Shown piece by piece: positions 23,001 to 38,000 of a stretch of DNA of 64,000 bases; the stretch's first letter is position 1; each line of letters starts with the position of its first letter. The DNA comes from Cyanophora paradoxa CCMP329 (Eukaryota; Plantae; Glaucophyta). The notes below the pieces were generated by a model, which searched no databases, was not told the origin of the DNA, and saw nothing but the letters and a program-made list of their open reading frames with translations. Location of the stretch: contig QPMI01000477.1 of NCBI GenBank assembly GCA_004431415.1, forward strand, positions 647,618-711,617, in the 5' to 3' direction. A program made the translations under genes and the position numbers.

Positions 23001-26000
23001 GAAAGGATCGTCAAAAACGCTGAACGAAAACGGGGAACTGCAAGCTACATCTCTTCAATGCGCACCGGCAACGACTACAATGTGCGGAGTGGGCGGTAGC
23101 GAAAGCGGGAGAACGTCGGTATCATTGAGCTTCAAACTGACTACGGCACGGTAGGTCGTTGCTTTTGTCAACGAGAGCGTTGTCGTGAAGGCCACGCCGT
23201 CCGTAGCGCGCGACAGAGTCACAGTGTCGCGCTTCACCTCTGAGGAAGACGAGGGGGCGGTGTACTTCGGGAAAGTGCAGCCATCCAAAGTGACGGAGGG
23301 CGACGACTCAGGCACAGCGGCCGCTGGATCGCGGACGGTTTCAAAGAGCTCCATGAGGATTTCGAGGCTGCTAGATCCGGCCGAAGCGATTAGGTTGTCG
23401 TGCGCGTCCCTGCGAGGCATTTGCTGTTAGAGAGCAGCTGCGCGATCAAATGTGCGGATGCGTTAAAATTGCGCGGACCGAACAAGAACGTCAAGGTTGC
23501 ACGATTCTCCCGCAATGAGCGGCGAGCAGCCGGAAAAGGCAGCCTGAGTCTTCTCCGCACTTGGGGCGCCAGGAACGACGGTGAAGCCCTGCAGGCCCCC
23601 CGAGAGATCCTGGCCATCAACAGCAACTGAAAGAATATAGCTTCCTGCAGCGGTCACGCTCGAAGCTGCAGCACTGAGCTCCGTGGACACGGTCCCGTCT
23701 GCACGGGTGGACGAAGTCCAGCTCCAAACTAGCGTGTCGTTGGAAACGCTGCGGATGGACACGATGACCGCCTGATCTTGGATGGTATTTCCGTAGACGT
23801 CGCGAATGACGGCCGAAACGTCGCCTGCAAAGTTGCCAGCGACAAAAGAACGCAACGAGATAGCCGCCGATGACATGCCAATGCTGAGCGCTGCCGGATT
23901 CACGACTAGTGTTTCGGTTTGAACTGCCTCGTTGCCGAGCAGAACCTGCACAGAGTACGACCCGGCCACGATCTCTGTGAATGAGAGTGTGGCCTGCGCT
24001 CCCTTGTCCGTAACGAATGTGCGCGCATCGACGGGGCGATGTGTCGACACAGGAGTGACCACGACCTTGAAGCCTAAGTAAAAAAAAGGGAATCAGGCCA
24101 CAGCGAACGACAGCTCTGTAGTCGAAATGATGGCAGCAGAAGGGCGCACTGATGTCTGGATCGTTCGAGAGGACTCCATTCGAATCGCGCGCGGTCATCG
24201 TAAAAGTGGATGTGCTGCCTGCGAGCATGGCAGAAGGAACATTCGCGGAGGATCGCTGGGCGTTCGCGAGAACTGCCGCGAAGATGCTCAACCAGAGGAG
24301 GTTGCGTTTAATGCAGGAAAGAGCGTACCAAAATTGAAAGTGGCGAATCCGGCGCTCGTTTCGCCCGAAGGCGAGTTCGAGACGCGAAGCTGGGACGACT
24401 TGTGGGTGGAATTGGAGTACGGCGGCACGGCGCAGATCGCAGAGAAGCTGCTCCGGAAGGTCGCCGCCGTCGATGTCGCGACGTCGGCGAGGTCCGTCCA
24501 CCGGCACGTAAGCTGCCCGGCGTTCGGGGCGAAGTTGCTTCCGCAGACCGTGACGGTCGTGCTGGCGCTGGCGCCCGAGGACGCGGAGGACGGAAGAACG
24601 CTCTCGAGGGAAGGGGGGCGGCTGTCGTCCCACACCGTCACCGAGCCCGCGTCGACGAATGAGACACCGTCGAAGGCCAGCGACAGCGCGATGTCGCCCG
24701 CCCACGAGTCGCCGAGGTTCGGCAGCGTGCAGCGTACGGACGACGCACTCACGAAGGCGGCCGAAGTCTCCATGACGGCACCACCGTCAGCTCCCCACTG
24801 GGTGCGGCAGCGAAGCGCGGAGCCAGTGTTGGTGAAACTGGTGCCGGTGATGGGGACGGAAATACACGTGGGCTGGAGGCGAATACGTGTGCATGAGAAG
24901 AGAGAGCATACAAGGGGACAAAGAAAGCGCGCACGATGTTCTCAGTGCCTGAGACAGGGCACAGTTCGGCCGCTGTGCGCACAAGGGAGATCGGATTGAC
25001 TGAGAACGATGCTGCGTACACATTGTGGTCACTGCGACTGCGTGGATGAAGATGACATGTGCCGAAAGCGCGTACCAATCACAGTGATGGAGACGGCTTT
25101 CTCCAGATCGCGAGGGGACCCCAACGAAATGGCAAGCGAGTGGACACCAAGCGACAGGTGTTTCGTCGGGCAGACAATCGCATCGTTCGTGCTTGCCGGA
25201 AGAGCATCCACCGGAGCGCTGCCAAAGAAGCAGCGCGTGCGGCCCTGCACGTAGAGAAGCCTTCCAGTCACGAGCACCGAGTTCGTCCGATCGAAGATGA
25301 CGACGGCAGGGGCCACCGCGTCGGGACTCACAGCGTCTGCCGCTATACGTCAGCGCTGGGCCCAGCCGCAGAAAGCTCACGGATTTGCACCATAAATGGT
25401 CAGCGCCGCCGTGCTCTGACGGGTCCAGCTCACTCCGTTTGTGATGGAAACGACGACGAAGTAGTCGGCCGGCAGGGAAGCGCCCAGGACGACCCGCTGC
25501 AGGTCGGGAAGCGTGCCGCAGTTGACGTTCCCGTCCGCCGCGGAGACGGCAGACCAGGAGGCGACGATCTCCAGAGGAGCCGACGTGGAGAAAGCGGTGG
25601 CCACCGCGCACCTCGGAGTGCCGAAGTCTGCGAAAGAGAAAGCGGCGAAGCCGTCCGTGGTCGCGCGAACGGTAATCGAGATTCCACCGTAGATGGACGC
25701 AAGCACTGGCGTCGGGACCGCGCCCCAGGAAACCACCGGGTTACCTGTTGTCGGAGCGCGGGGCGGAAATAAGAAGAACGCAGGAAGCGCAATCTTGCCA
25801 GGAGCGAAACACAGCACCGAAGACGGTGACAGAGGTAGCGGCGCCGGTTGCGGGCGAGCGACCGGAGCCTGGAGACATGCGGAACGTGATGGGCGCTGGC
25901 GCCGTGCCTGTAATGTCTACCGCGCCCGTGACACACGACACCGAGGACGGCGAAGTATCGAGCGCAAGGCCCGAGCACTCGACGCCCCCGACAAACACGG

Positions 26001-29000
26001 CGGCCTCGACCAGCAGCGGCTGCAGGAGAGCAAAGGAGCTTGCAGCCAGTCTCAATGTAAGCTGGGAGCCGCCGGCGGCCGGGATTCTCGTTGGCGACAC
26101 GCTCACGACCTCGATAGAAGCTGCAAAAAATGCGATGAGCTGAACGCCTGTTCTAGATCTGAAATACAGCTGAATATTAATGCGCACGATAGAGAGTGAA
26201 ATCCAGCTTGCTGTCGTCGACGTAGCTCACGCCATTGGGAGCGAGGGCTACTTGGAGCGTGAAAGGAGCGCCCCCAAAAGCAGAGTCCGGGAGCGGCATC
26301 TCAAAGAACTCGGCGGGAGTGTTGCTCGGGGCGGCCGTCGGCTGGCAGGTGCAAGGGCCCAACACGGGCTTCGAGCAGTTGGCGCTGAGCTTGGGCAGGC
26401 CGGCGGCCCCGCGGGCGCCCCACGTGGACTGGCGGACTGGGACGGGGGCGGGGCACGAGACCCCTCCACTGCTGAGAATCGCCTGCACTTCCGCCTCGGC
26501 GCCCCCGGGAACGCTCCAGCGGCACCTGCGGGCAGTGGCGCGTCACACGAAAAACACCGGGCCGGGGGATTGCGAGCGGAGCCGAGGACCTGGCTTCCTT
26601 GGGCAGGCCACCTAGATTCTGGCCCACGAGGCGAATTGCAGAGGGCGAGGCCACGACCAGCCAGCCGCGTGAAGGCGAGAGCAGCGTGGGCAGCACTGGA
26701 TGGTTGAAGTACGTCAGACGAAGCGTGTTCTGCGCGGCCTCACTCCCGTCTGGCAGGTAGGTCAGCGTCTGCTCGAACGGGTCCGTCGCCCCTGCACAAG
26801 CGGCGGATCAGACGAAAAATGTGGGGCTTCGCTTCTGTGCGTGCGGCTCAATTACTAGTCGCACCCTTCGGAGGGAGGCTGAACGCAAAGGAGCAGCCAT
26901 CCTGACTGAAGTTCGAGGGCTTGAATCTCAGGTCGCCGACCTGCACGAAGGCATTGCCGTCTGCCTGGAGCAGCCCGGAGCCGAAAACAGTGATGGAGGT
27001 CGAGCCCGCTCCGAAGGCGGGCGCGGAGGCAGGGACGATCTCGGCCAGAGAGCCGGCCCCGTCGCGGTAGGTGTAGGTCACGGGCGCCGTCCTGAAAGTG
27101 TGGACGGCACGAACGCCGAGAGCCACCTTGCTCGCCGCGCGCGTGAACTCGACCGACACGGGCACCGTCCCGGTGCGGGCGCTTAGGGGCGCAGCACATA
27201 GGACGGAGTTAATTCTGTCGGGGCTGCGGAGGAGGGTGGCAGGGACCCGGATGCCGTCGAACAGGCACGTCAGGTCCTCCGTCTGCGTAAAATGAAACGC
27301 AGCGTCAGCTCAAGCTCGAAAGGGGCGCGAAATATAGGAAGCAGACCGCGAGGAAGTTAGTGCCGCGGATCGTGAGGATAACGGGGCTTCGGCGATTCCC
27401 AGACGTTGGGAAGAGGGGAGTTGTGGCATCCAGAATCGGCCGACACTCCGTATTATCGCCACCGCACACGTTGCAGGCGTCATACGTTTGACCCTCGATC
27501 AGGCCGTCACAGCCCTTGCATGTGGAGCCATCGCCGCCGCAGACGCCCTGCAAAAGAAACATCGATATCAGAGAACTGTAAGCTGGATGTCTCTCAGCCT
27601 GTATGCTACGCACGCATAGGTCCTTGCGAAGGCCGCCGTTAATGACACCAGCGCAGTCCACGCATTGGTTGCTCCCGCCGCAGGTTCCGCAACGATCGCG
27701 GTTCGGGCATGGGTCCGTGTCATCGAGGAGCCCGCGACGACTGGACGCCGGCTGCGCCCACAGAGCATCGACTGTCGCATTCGCAACAGCGACTCGCCAC
27801 GAGTTCATAACGGCCGCGTAGAAAGGAGTTAGGCCTGCGTGCAAGCATGGTCAGGGCCTGCGAACAAACGCATCAGGAGCGCCAGATCGCGATCATCGCA
27901 CCGCGAGATGCGAAGAAGTAGATGAAATCCGTCTGGAAGCGGCAGTCGCTGACGCGCTGCACGCTGGAGGAGCGCAATGTGAAGTTCGTGTCGGGGAAGT
28001 TCAGGACGGCTGAGAAGGGCCCCGTGCCCGCCCAGGCGACGGAGATGGTCGTGTTTTCGCCGACTATGACGCTCGAGGGCTGCACCGCAATGGCGATGTC
28101 CGTCGGCTCGGCGCCCGCCACGTCCAGGTCCAGCGAGCCCTGCGCCTGGCCCCACCGCGACGAAACTGTAACCGTGACGCGCTTCGGGCCTCCGTCCTGC
28201 CGCAGAAGGCTGTTATGAAGGCAGCCCGCGGCCGGGCGATCAGCAAACGCGGTACCGTGAACGTGTGCGTGACAACCGGATTCCCGCCCGTGCTCTTCGT
28301 GACAGTCGAGTCTGATGCGGACCGCTTGCAAAGCCACCGCTCGCCGGCCAGAGCGACTGGCGCGAGCGTCCAGTCGAATGTGAACGGGCCGTTGCCCGAC
28401 TCGACTTCGGCGGAGAAGGCCAATGGCGCGCCTTCCGCCGGCGCAGTCGAGTTGGAATTCCCGGACACAATCCGAATCTTCGGTGGAGAAGGTGGCGCTC
28501 CGTTGACCGCAATCACGAAGGTCGCGCTCACGTTTCCAGCGGGATTGAAGGCTTGTATGCGGACCACGCGGTCGCCCGGGGATGCCGGCGTGAATCGGAC
28601 CTCCTGGCCCCACACCTCGCGGTCGGTGAAGTTGGTGTACGTTTCTGTGATCCCGAAGCCGTCGCCTTCGCTCAGCGCCGTCCAGAGGAAGTTCATTGGG
28701 TCGTCGCCCTTGCCGGCGAACACCAACGCCTTTATCGGACGGCCCGCCACCGGCGTGCCCTCTGTCGTGATGGAAAGCTCAGAAGGAAGCGTCGGAAGGA
28801 CTTCGATGGGGACGACGAGCGACGAGTTGCCCTGCAGAACGTTCGTAAGGCAATTCGGGGGCGTCAGGCAGAGAGCTCTGTGCGGGCGAACCTCGGGTGA
28901 ATGAGCTTTGACCGTGAGATTCATGCGCCCGAACGCCGAGTACGAGTGCACGCCGGCGTCCTCCAGAAGGAACTGCGCGCGTCGAATTGAGTAATTATAT

Positions 29001-32000
29001 AAGGACAACAGATCTAGACCAATTCGAACTCGATCGCACCGTCTCTGGCGAGGCGAGCTCCCCCCAGTCCACCTGGAGCGCAAACCGAGGCCTTGAGCAC
29101 GAGAGCTGAGAGAAAGAGACAATATTGATTTCCTCTTACCCAGTACTGGACAGGCCCGCAGCCGGCTGCCCGCGACGCGGTTACAGTGACGTTCTCGCCG
29201 GTGCGGACGACAGAGCTCGAGATGTTGGCGCTCAGCCCGCGCGGCGGGCCCGCAAAAGCTGCAACATAGAAGACAGCACTCGACTCGCCAGCGGAATTCG
29301 TTGCGGAGACTTTGACCTCGTACGTGCCGGTGTTGCTGTACGACTTCTGCAGCACGGGCCACGCCTGGGCGGTCGAGACGGTTCGCGTGACGGCTGGCGA
29401 GTTGTCGCCGAAAGTGACGCGAAGAGTAGTGGGGTACGCGATCGACGCGTTCGCAACCGACCCGAAGCGGAACGAGGCCGGCGCGTCGCTGCAAGCTTCC
29501 ACCAAGTCCGGGCCTGTCACCGTAACACCCGTAGGGAGCCCGACCAGAACCTTGGCCTACAGAATAAAAAGCGATTGGCGCCAGTTGCAAGGGGCGTAAA
29601 TATAAATCGAAGACGGCCCGAGGCGCGCACCGTTGCCAGGACTTCGGGGCTTTCGTCGCTGAGAGCTGGCGGCCTGACTGGCGTTTCCCTGTAGCTTGCC
29701 GGGAGCAGGTTGGTGGCCGTGGTAGTGACAGTTGCGGGCCGATCTGCAATTGGAAGGCGGTCGGACTTTTCAAGCGGTGTTAGCACTTGCCGAAATATGT
29801 AGCAACGCACTGCGACTCTCTACGGAGATGAAGGCATAGACTTCGTCCATAATAGTTGGGTCCTGTGCGTTGGCCTTTGAGGCTTGCAGAATTACTGTGG
29901 CGACGCCCGCGGCCGTGAAAGTGAACGTAGCCGTAGTCCCTTGCGCCGTGGCACCGCCAATGTCCAGCTCCTGCGATTGCAAGGAACTCATGATCAGCAC
30001 CGGCCGCCGCCACGAGCAAACGTTGAACGGGAAAGGCAAGACGCGCCCAGAAGAACGTGTAACCGGACAGCTTGGCCGGGTCGAACTGGGCCGTGAACGT
30101 GACCGGCTCCCCAACGAAAGGCGTCAGCGTCGGCGCCTGAATCCAGAGGTCGCCGCTCGTCTGCTTCAGGCCGCGCGCGCGCGACGGCGGCAAGAGCCGA
30201 TCGAAGTTTAGATCAGGCGACTCCAGTGCATGCCTCCGCGCGGGCGTGAACGGGGTCTCAACGGGCCAGCAGTTGCCAAAGACGGTGCCGGCAAACGGAG
30301 CCGAGAAAGGAGTCTGGGCAACGAACGGGTTGTCGTCTGGCCACCTGGTTATCCAATCTGCGGACGGGACCTCGGCGTCTGCAAAGGACGCCGAGAGCCG
30401 CCCGCCTCAAGATCTGTGCGCACCGAGGCATACTCGGACGTCGTGCGCCAGACCGGCCCACTTGTTAACCTGCACCGCGCCCTCCCTAGGGAAGTTCGCA
30501 TTAACCTGGCGCGCGCAGCCGTCTGAGCGAGGGCGCGGACGCGAACCAAGAATTATCTTTGGCGCACCCGGAACGAGAGAGAGCAGGTGGCGCCGGCCGA
30601 GCAGCCTGAGAACTGCCGGGTGGTCCCGACGGAAGGCCCCATGAGCTGCGGATTCTCCGCATCCACCCGACAGTCGACGAAGTTCGACTGCCAGCCGTTC
30701 CACTGCACGCACTTGTACAAGAAAAAGACCTTCACTCCGGAATGCGCTGATAGCAACGTGTAGTCAGCCGGACGCGGATTTCGAACAAGGCGGCACTTAA
30801 GGCCACAGACCGAAGTCTCCGAGGCTGTATACGTATGAAAGCGAGACCGTAGAGCCTTCGCAGAGTCAGAACAAAGAACAGAGCCTACAATATGAACGCA
30901 TGGGGCTGGATCGGAATAGGATCAGGAAACACACCAGCGTTTAAACGAGTCTGCGAAATCGAAGTGATCTGCAAGCTAGTTGCTGCGAGGGGCTCAGCGC
31001 AAGTGATCTCGAATGAGCGATTGGATTGCAACGCACGATTTGGCTTGATCAAAAAGTACTGCTGTTCGGCGCTCTCAACGCGAGTCCCGTAATATGTGAA
31101 CTCCACGCGGAGCTAAAGCGGGGTCAGTGAGAGCCGGATGTGCTAAACAAGCTGAATGACTTTTACCTTCGCTGTCTTGACTCTCGGGCTGAGCCAAGAC
31201 GCGAACTGCCAGCTGAAATGGTTGAGCAGAGGGCACTGGGCAGCGAACAATCCGAACTGTAGATTGTAGGTGGCGCCCTTCGTTCCGTCCGCGGTCGTCG
31301 ACCTGATCGTGCACGTTTCCGCCGCATTGGCCGCGTCTGTGATGACGAGCCTGTACTCCATGTCACCTGCAAAAGCGCAACCTCGTCAGCCTTCTATTTC
31401 GCCGCGGCCTTTGACTGTTTGCGAGCCCGCGCACGTTCGCAGTGGTCAGTCCACCAGGTGACTGGGTACGGAACCATTGGGAACATGCCCGGTCCGTTGA
31501 GGGAGAACGTCCAGAAGGACCAGGAGAACGGCTTGGTGTTCGCCACGCCCCTGAAGATGATAGGAGGCACCGCCTTCTTCTTGATCCTCGTGAGCCGAAC
31601 GGTGATCGTGTTTGAGGAGTACGTCACGCCTTGGATCGACGTCGTAACTCGCAACTGCTCGATGGCGCTGAATGGGACGGAGCGAAACGCGGCACCTCCC
31701 CGCGGGCGCGCACCGACAAGGCCTTGTCCTTCGTGCAGACCGGGAGGCTATCGAGGACCGAGCACCCCACGGCACGATCGCCCCAGAACAGTTCTCGATA
31801 ATACGGAGAGGACTGCAAGAGACTCTGAGTAATCGCACATCGAGTAGCTGGTGCCGCCGGGTCCCAGAATTCGAAGCTAAAGCTTGTCGATACTGCGGGT
31901 CACGCTCAGCGAGAAATGAGAGCACGGCGTCGGTCTGTTCATGCGCACGGCCGCATCTACGCTCGTTCCGCCAGGAGATTTTGATAGGGTCGTCCGCAAA

Positions 32001-35000
32001 TATGGGCATGGACGCCGGATTAATCTCGTCGAGGACAAGCCTCGGCTCTGTGCAAAATCAGCCCCGGACTTGTCAGCAAGCGGCCCGAGACCAAATGCGC
32101 ATGCGCACCGTTCTTGATGCCGAGACGGATCGGCAGGGACGCTGATACTACGCCACCGCCGTCGTTGGCGTTGGGAAGCGACCACGCTACTCGCAGGTGG
32201 TGATCGATAGAGCCGCCGCAACTGAGCCGGCCGACGCTTGCGAGCGCCGGGACTGTCCACGTGAACGAGCTGTCCACAGTCACGTGCACAGAGCTGCCCT
32301 GTGCACTTGACGGAATCGCAATGGGAGACTCGGTTCGCACGACTTGGAGCAGGTTGCTCGACACAATGTCCCGGCTGAGGGCCGTGTATCCGAAGGGCGA
32401 GAAGAACGCGCCAACGTAGCGTGCTGTCAGCTGGTCGCCAGCCTCTAGGATGGAGGTCGCCGGCGTGCTTGACGTGAGCGACAGTGCGGTCACTGTTCAT
32501 TCAGACAGTGTAAGCTGCGGAAGGGTTTTGTACACACAAGCAGGAGGCTTCGCGCACATTCCCTCCGGCCGGCTTGGAAGGTGACCTGAGCGACTGTGTT
32601 CTGGGTGTCCACTTGGAGTCTATCGGCATACTGGATCCTTATCTAAGAGCCTCGTTGTCAGTCGCAGCACAGCAAAGAGCCGTACATTCCGTAACGCCCA
32701 CGCACCGTGAAGGACGCCGAATTGCCGACGGGAATGGAGCTCACAATCGATGCAACGCCAAATACCAGCCGCCCACCTGATCAGAAATGAAGGTATCAAT
32801 GAAGAAGTTAAAAAAGCATCGCCTCGTTCCGTTGCGGCACGCACGCACCGGCGGTTGAAGCCGAGAACGAGTCGAGCGCGGGCTGGTTGGGACCCCCCGG
32901 AGGCGACAGCGTGGCCACAACCTGGTTGTTGGCGTTCACCACCTCTACGCTGTAGCTGCTGTAGCCGCCTGCAGAGAAGCTCTCAGTTTGATGTACCGCG
33001 CGAGAGCGCATTGTATTTAAATTCGGGCGCACGGAAGACTCCGTACGTCTCCGAGGTCCAGACCAGCTCCACCCTGGCCCCGTTCCAGTACGTGTTGCTG
33101 AAGAAGAGAGGGGCAGGAGGTTGGGCTCCAAGGCTGATGGACAGCCTGCCCGAATCGAGCGTTATTCCAGCTCTGACGCGCTACTAGATATAGAGCCGAA
33201 ACAGAGCAAAAGCGGACTTGTTCCTAGGGAGGGCGTTGATCTTCACGCTCGTGACGTCCTTGACAGTGTTGTCGTCGCGGCGCATGACCCGGATAAAGAA
33301 ATTGCCAGTGACCGGAACGCCGCCCAAAGAGCCTGCAACATTAGGTCTCAGCTTTCAGCGGAGCACCAAACGAGAAGAGAAGCTTAAGGGGCGCGCCAGG
33401 GATCGTCCACTGGGCGCTCTGCTCCCTGAACGCCACGCTGACGGCAACCGTGTCCGCGATCGTCGCGCGGACAGAACCGTCCGGGTTGAGCAGGTCGACC
33501 TTGACGTCGCCAGTCGCCGAGCTCTGCGGCACGGATCCGGATCATATCGAAGACTCTTCGGTGCACCGCAATCGCGAGGGTATCCACGTCTTAGCGCTAG
33601 ATACCGACATAGATAGCTACCTATCGCTGTAGCTAGCTACAAACCTATTTCAGCTAGCCCAACGCCAAACCCAACGATTATACAGAGACACGCACGAGCC
33701 AGGTGACAAACAGAGTCTCGAACTCGACGTAATCCGGGAAGGGCGGGTCGAGCACGTTGATGTACATGCCTGCAAGAGCAACGTCACGGAGATGCCTCGT
33801 TGGAGTGAGTCGAGACAGGAGGCGGCATCACCAGATGGAGTCCAGTCCAAGCGGAGGTGCAATATCCCATGGATGCCCGGGTCCAGCCCAGGCGTAGGTG
33901 GAATATCCGGGTTCTCAGCCAGAAACGCGTAGCCCCACTCTTTCCTCGGGTACCACGCGAGGAGAACCAGATCTCGGACGACCCAAGTATCGTGGTAGAA
34001 GACCGAAAGGAGGCCGTCGCGCTCGTTGCCGGCGGGGCGGACGTCAAAGATCACCTGAGAAGCCCGGATCCGTGGCACGGCCTCAAAAATCCAAGCGCGA
34101 ACTGCTCTGAGAAAGGAAACGCACGTCGCTGAGCTGGGGCGCAGGAGTCGAAGGTCGCTGACGGCCGCGGAAGTAGGGCGCGGCTGCGGTCGGAGGGTAC
34201 CTGCTCCGAGCATTCGTGCGGGGCGGGACGGGGTGAGCTCGAGCGCCCCAAGGCGAGGGGCCCCGCGCACCACACGTTCACCGACGGCTCGCTGCCGCAG
34301 ATGCGAAGCTGCTCGAGAGCGGTCAGTGGTGGGGTCTCCGGGCGAGAGCGGCGAGCGAAACCGAGATCACCTGGATGGTGATGCCGGATCGGCCAGGGAC
34401 GCGTCCATAGACGGCCGCGGGCTCCTTGACCCCGTAACTGGATGTGGTATTCACTACGCGCGCCCTCATCAGGTGGGAATCCCGACCAATTTCCGAGGCC
34501 TGGGAATGAGCTGACATCCTTCCCCGTACGAGAATGTCAAACCGCAGCCTCCCCAGCTGACCAAATACAACGCCTGGACGCGGAAGAACCGCGTCCAATC
34601 TGCCGCACGACCTCGATGAGCGAATGAGCAGCTAAAAGAGCCCGTAGCGTTGAGATTAATACTGTCGAACCGAGGTAGAAGCTCCAAGCGCCGAAGGTAT
34701 TTCCTTCATACCAAATCAAGTTGATGCCCATATCGGTCCCCCAAACAGGGAAGCGCGGGGGAGAAGCGGCCCCGAGGAGCACTGAGTTCGACATGCGCGT
34801 GGGGGGGAACCGCGTGATGGCGTTCTGGTAGTCGTTGTACTGGAAATCTTCGATTAGGTTGGACGTGTGGGCCGGCATTGGAACGAGCGCGATCGTCTCG
34901 GCGGTGGGATCGCTCTTGAGAGTAGATCGGATGAAGAGGTAGTGGAGCGAGATCTCGTCAACAGAGTTCCCTGCGAGGTCATGGTCAGGGGCCGTCAACG

Positions 35001-38000
35001 AACGTGCACGTGCACGTGCTTCAAAGGCCCAGCGAGTAACAAGCGCAAGGGGCGCACCGTCGGCGTAGCCGGAAAAGCCGGAGACGGCGAAGGCCCAATC
35101 ACGTTTGGGGATCCAGCCCGAGAGGACTACGCACTGGATCGCGTGGATGTTCTCGACGTACACGTCGGCGCACCGGTCGGCCGGGTTTCCGCCGGCTCTG
35201 TAGTCGGACCGCACCAAGAGGCGAATCCTGGTGGGCCACGGGTCTGGGTCCCCTCGCAGCCTCGCGCGAGTGCGCATTTCTTGAGTGTCTGGAATATCGA
35301 ACGTGGAAAGAAGAGTGCGCCCCTGCCAGTACAGCTGCACGCGGCGTTGGACCGACAGGACGACGACGCTGACGCCGGCGGTGGGCAGGTAGCCGACGCC
35401 CCGCACGAAGAGCCTGCGGTCGATGCCGTCGGAGGTCGTGCGGCGGCCGAAGCTCAGGATGACGCCGTCGCCGCCGGGCGTGTCGGATCCCATCGAGACC
35501 TTCGGGGGCGGTGAGCAGCTGCAGGGCGCGGCCGATGGCCGTGGCGCCGGCCGCTGAAGCAAATCTAGACAGACACCGATTGGCCGCGCACCTCGGCATC
35601 GAAACGGAACTGGTCGAAGACGTCCGTGGTCCCGCTCCACGGGAAAAAGACAATGCCGCCGTACTGAGGCCCGGGGACGCCAGCCTGCGTGAGGCGCAGC
35701 CGCTCGAGCAAATCGAGGTAGCCGCTTGGGCAGGCCTGGAAGTAGTTGCAGTGGCCAGCCATGAAGGCCGGCGTGTTCCCCGCCGACCCGAAGACGCTCC
35801 ACGTGGGCAGAAAGCCGGTGGTGCCGACGGGGGACGCGCGCGACTTCCAGAACCCGGTATCGAGGACCAGCGAGAGAAAGCCAGAGTCCGCCTCGGCTCT
35901 GAGGTGGCGCGTGACGAGCTCCGACCCGAGCGAGACTTCGCCGCCGATCTCGAGGGCGCCAATGTTGGACGATATTTGCCACTCTCTTTGGGACGAGGGC
36001 TCCAGCTTCTGCCAGCACGAGAAACCGTAGTTCCCTCTGTTGCATACTCCAGTACCGGCAATGTCTGGAGGGAGGACAGGATGAGATGGGGCGGAGCGTT
36101 CCGCGAAGGAGAGTGAACGCACTGTGGAACCAGCCGAACCACCTTGGAGGCGGGAGCACTCCGTCGTACCTCGGACTCGTGTCGACGGTGAAAAACGTTG
36201 ACGTGCTATCGTCGGAGCTGGCCGTCAGGCTGCCAATCGCAAGGAGCCAGAAATACTGAACAGGGAACGCCGCGTTGAGGGGGCGCGTGAGCGTCCTGAC
36301 ACCGCCCTCGTTGGAGGCAGACACGGTGACGGTGCGAGATCCGTACGTCTCGAAGTCCTTCGTGCCAGAATACGTCTCGAACTGAGGGCCGCAGTACTCT
36401 TCCTCGTCGAAGTCGGCCCGGTACCGCTCGCCGGCCGGGATGTGCAGCGCGCTGCCGTCGCCGAACGAGATATTCCAAGAGACGGGCGCGACTCCCGCAA
36501 GATCGCCCGTCACCCGTACTGTGTACGTGTACTGCAGGAACGGCACCTGATGACGAAAGACGGTTAGACTGGGCCTGCATCGGATATTTTATTCCAAGCA
36601 TGAGGTGAATGGGCAGGCCCGCACCCATTGAACGGTGCAAAGAGTGCCTTCGGGGCAAGCCGGATTGCGCTTTCGCTTCACCGTCGGCCAGTTGAAAACG
36701 ACTTCAATGTTGGGCGGGGGTCGGCTTTGGATTTGAATCGAGGAGGCCACAGCCGTCGTGCCCACCTGAGGCGAAACAGGTCAGGTCTGACAGTGGGTTT
36801 AGATATAAGACGGCACGGCGTTAGATGACGTACAAAGTTTGCGGCTGCAATTTCCACACTGTGCCGCCCGACAGCGCAGAAGCGGCGCACGAAGGTTGAG
36901 CCGCCGGGCCTGACAAAGTTCGCAGAGTTAAAGATCCACTGATACTGCTGCGGAGCGGCCGATGCGTTCGAGGGCGGGATGAAGGCGTCGATTGTGGCGA
37001 ACTCTCCCCAGAAAGCGGGGGCCCTGAGGAGAGCTTGGGGCGGCGGCGGCTGAAGCGCTGCTCAAGGGTCGACGTCAGAGCCGCGATCTGGGGTCCAACG
37101 CGCGCGCGCGCGCGGCCAGGCGCGGCAGCGCACATGCGATTTCGAACTGGAACGCCGGCGCCGCGTACGTCTCGTTGAAGTCGCCGCTGGCGTAGTAAGC
37201 GTACAGGTAGGCGCTTCGAACCCCAAAGCTGCGCGCGATGGCCCGCAATCAGCGGCGCGTGCGCACGCGAGCGGCGACTGAGCAGATTCAGCGGCACCGT
37301 TCAAAGGAGGCCGCCGTGCTTCTTGCGTCATACCGAACAAACCCATCCCTGCAGAAAGCGAGCTCAGTCTGGGGCGAAAGATCCCCGCCCGCGGTAGTAA
37401 ACACACAGACGCACCTATCGGCAATGACCCACCACCACAATGGCTGCGGAATGCCTGCGGGGGCGGAAGCGCTCACGTCGAAGAAGCGCACGTCAGCACA
37501 CCAAACGGCAGCGGACCTGTGAAATCGTTGAAGGACGGCATGAAGATTACGGGGACGGAAGACTCGCTGCGGCGGCGCAATCGCGGTCAAGAACGAGCCC
37601 GCGACCGCCGAAAAGAGCGCGAATTTCAATGGTAGTAAAGCGCACTAGACAACGGGGGCCTTGAAGAAGCGGACATCGTAGGTGGCGTTCGAGCTCGGCT
37701 GAATCGTCTGCACGCTCATCGCCAGCATCCGGTCGACCTCTGCGCGCCCAAGAGGAGAGTTGGACTGGTCTAAACGAGCCTCTCACAGAAGGCGCTCACG
37801 TGCAAGAATGGAGAGCCAGAAGACATCGTTGTCTACGCCGAAAGAGGTCTGGGAGCTCGCGGACGTGCCATTGCGGCCGAACATCGTGATCTTGATGTAG
37901 AACGTTCCTGCACGACAGCTTGACGCGGCAGCACACCTCAAGAGGCGACCCGTGCAGGACGCTCACCGGCCATGGGGAAGCCTGGTTCGCGGTAGGAAAG

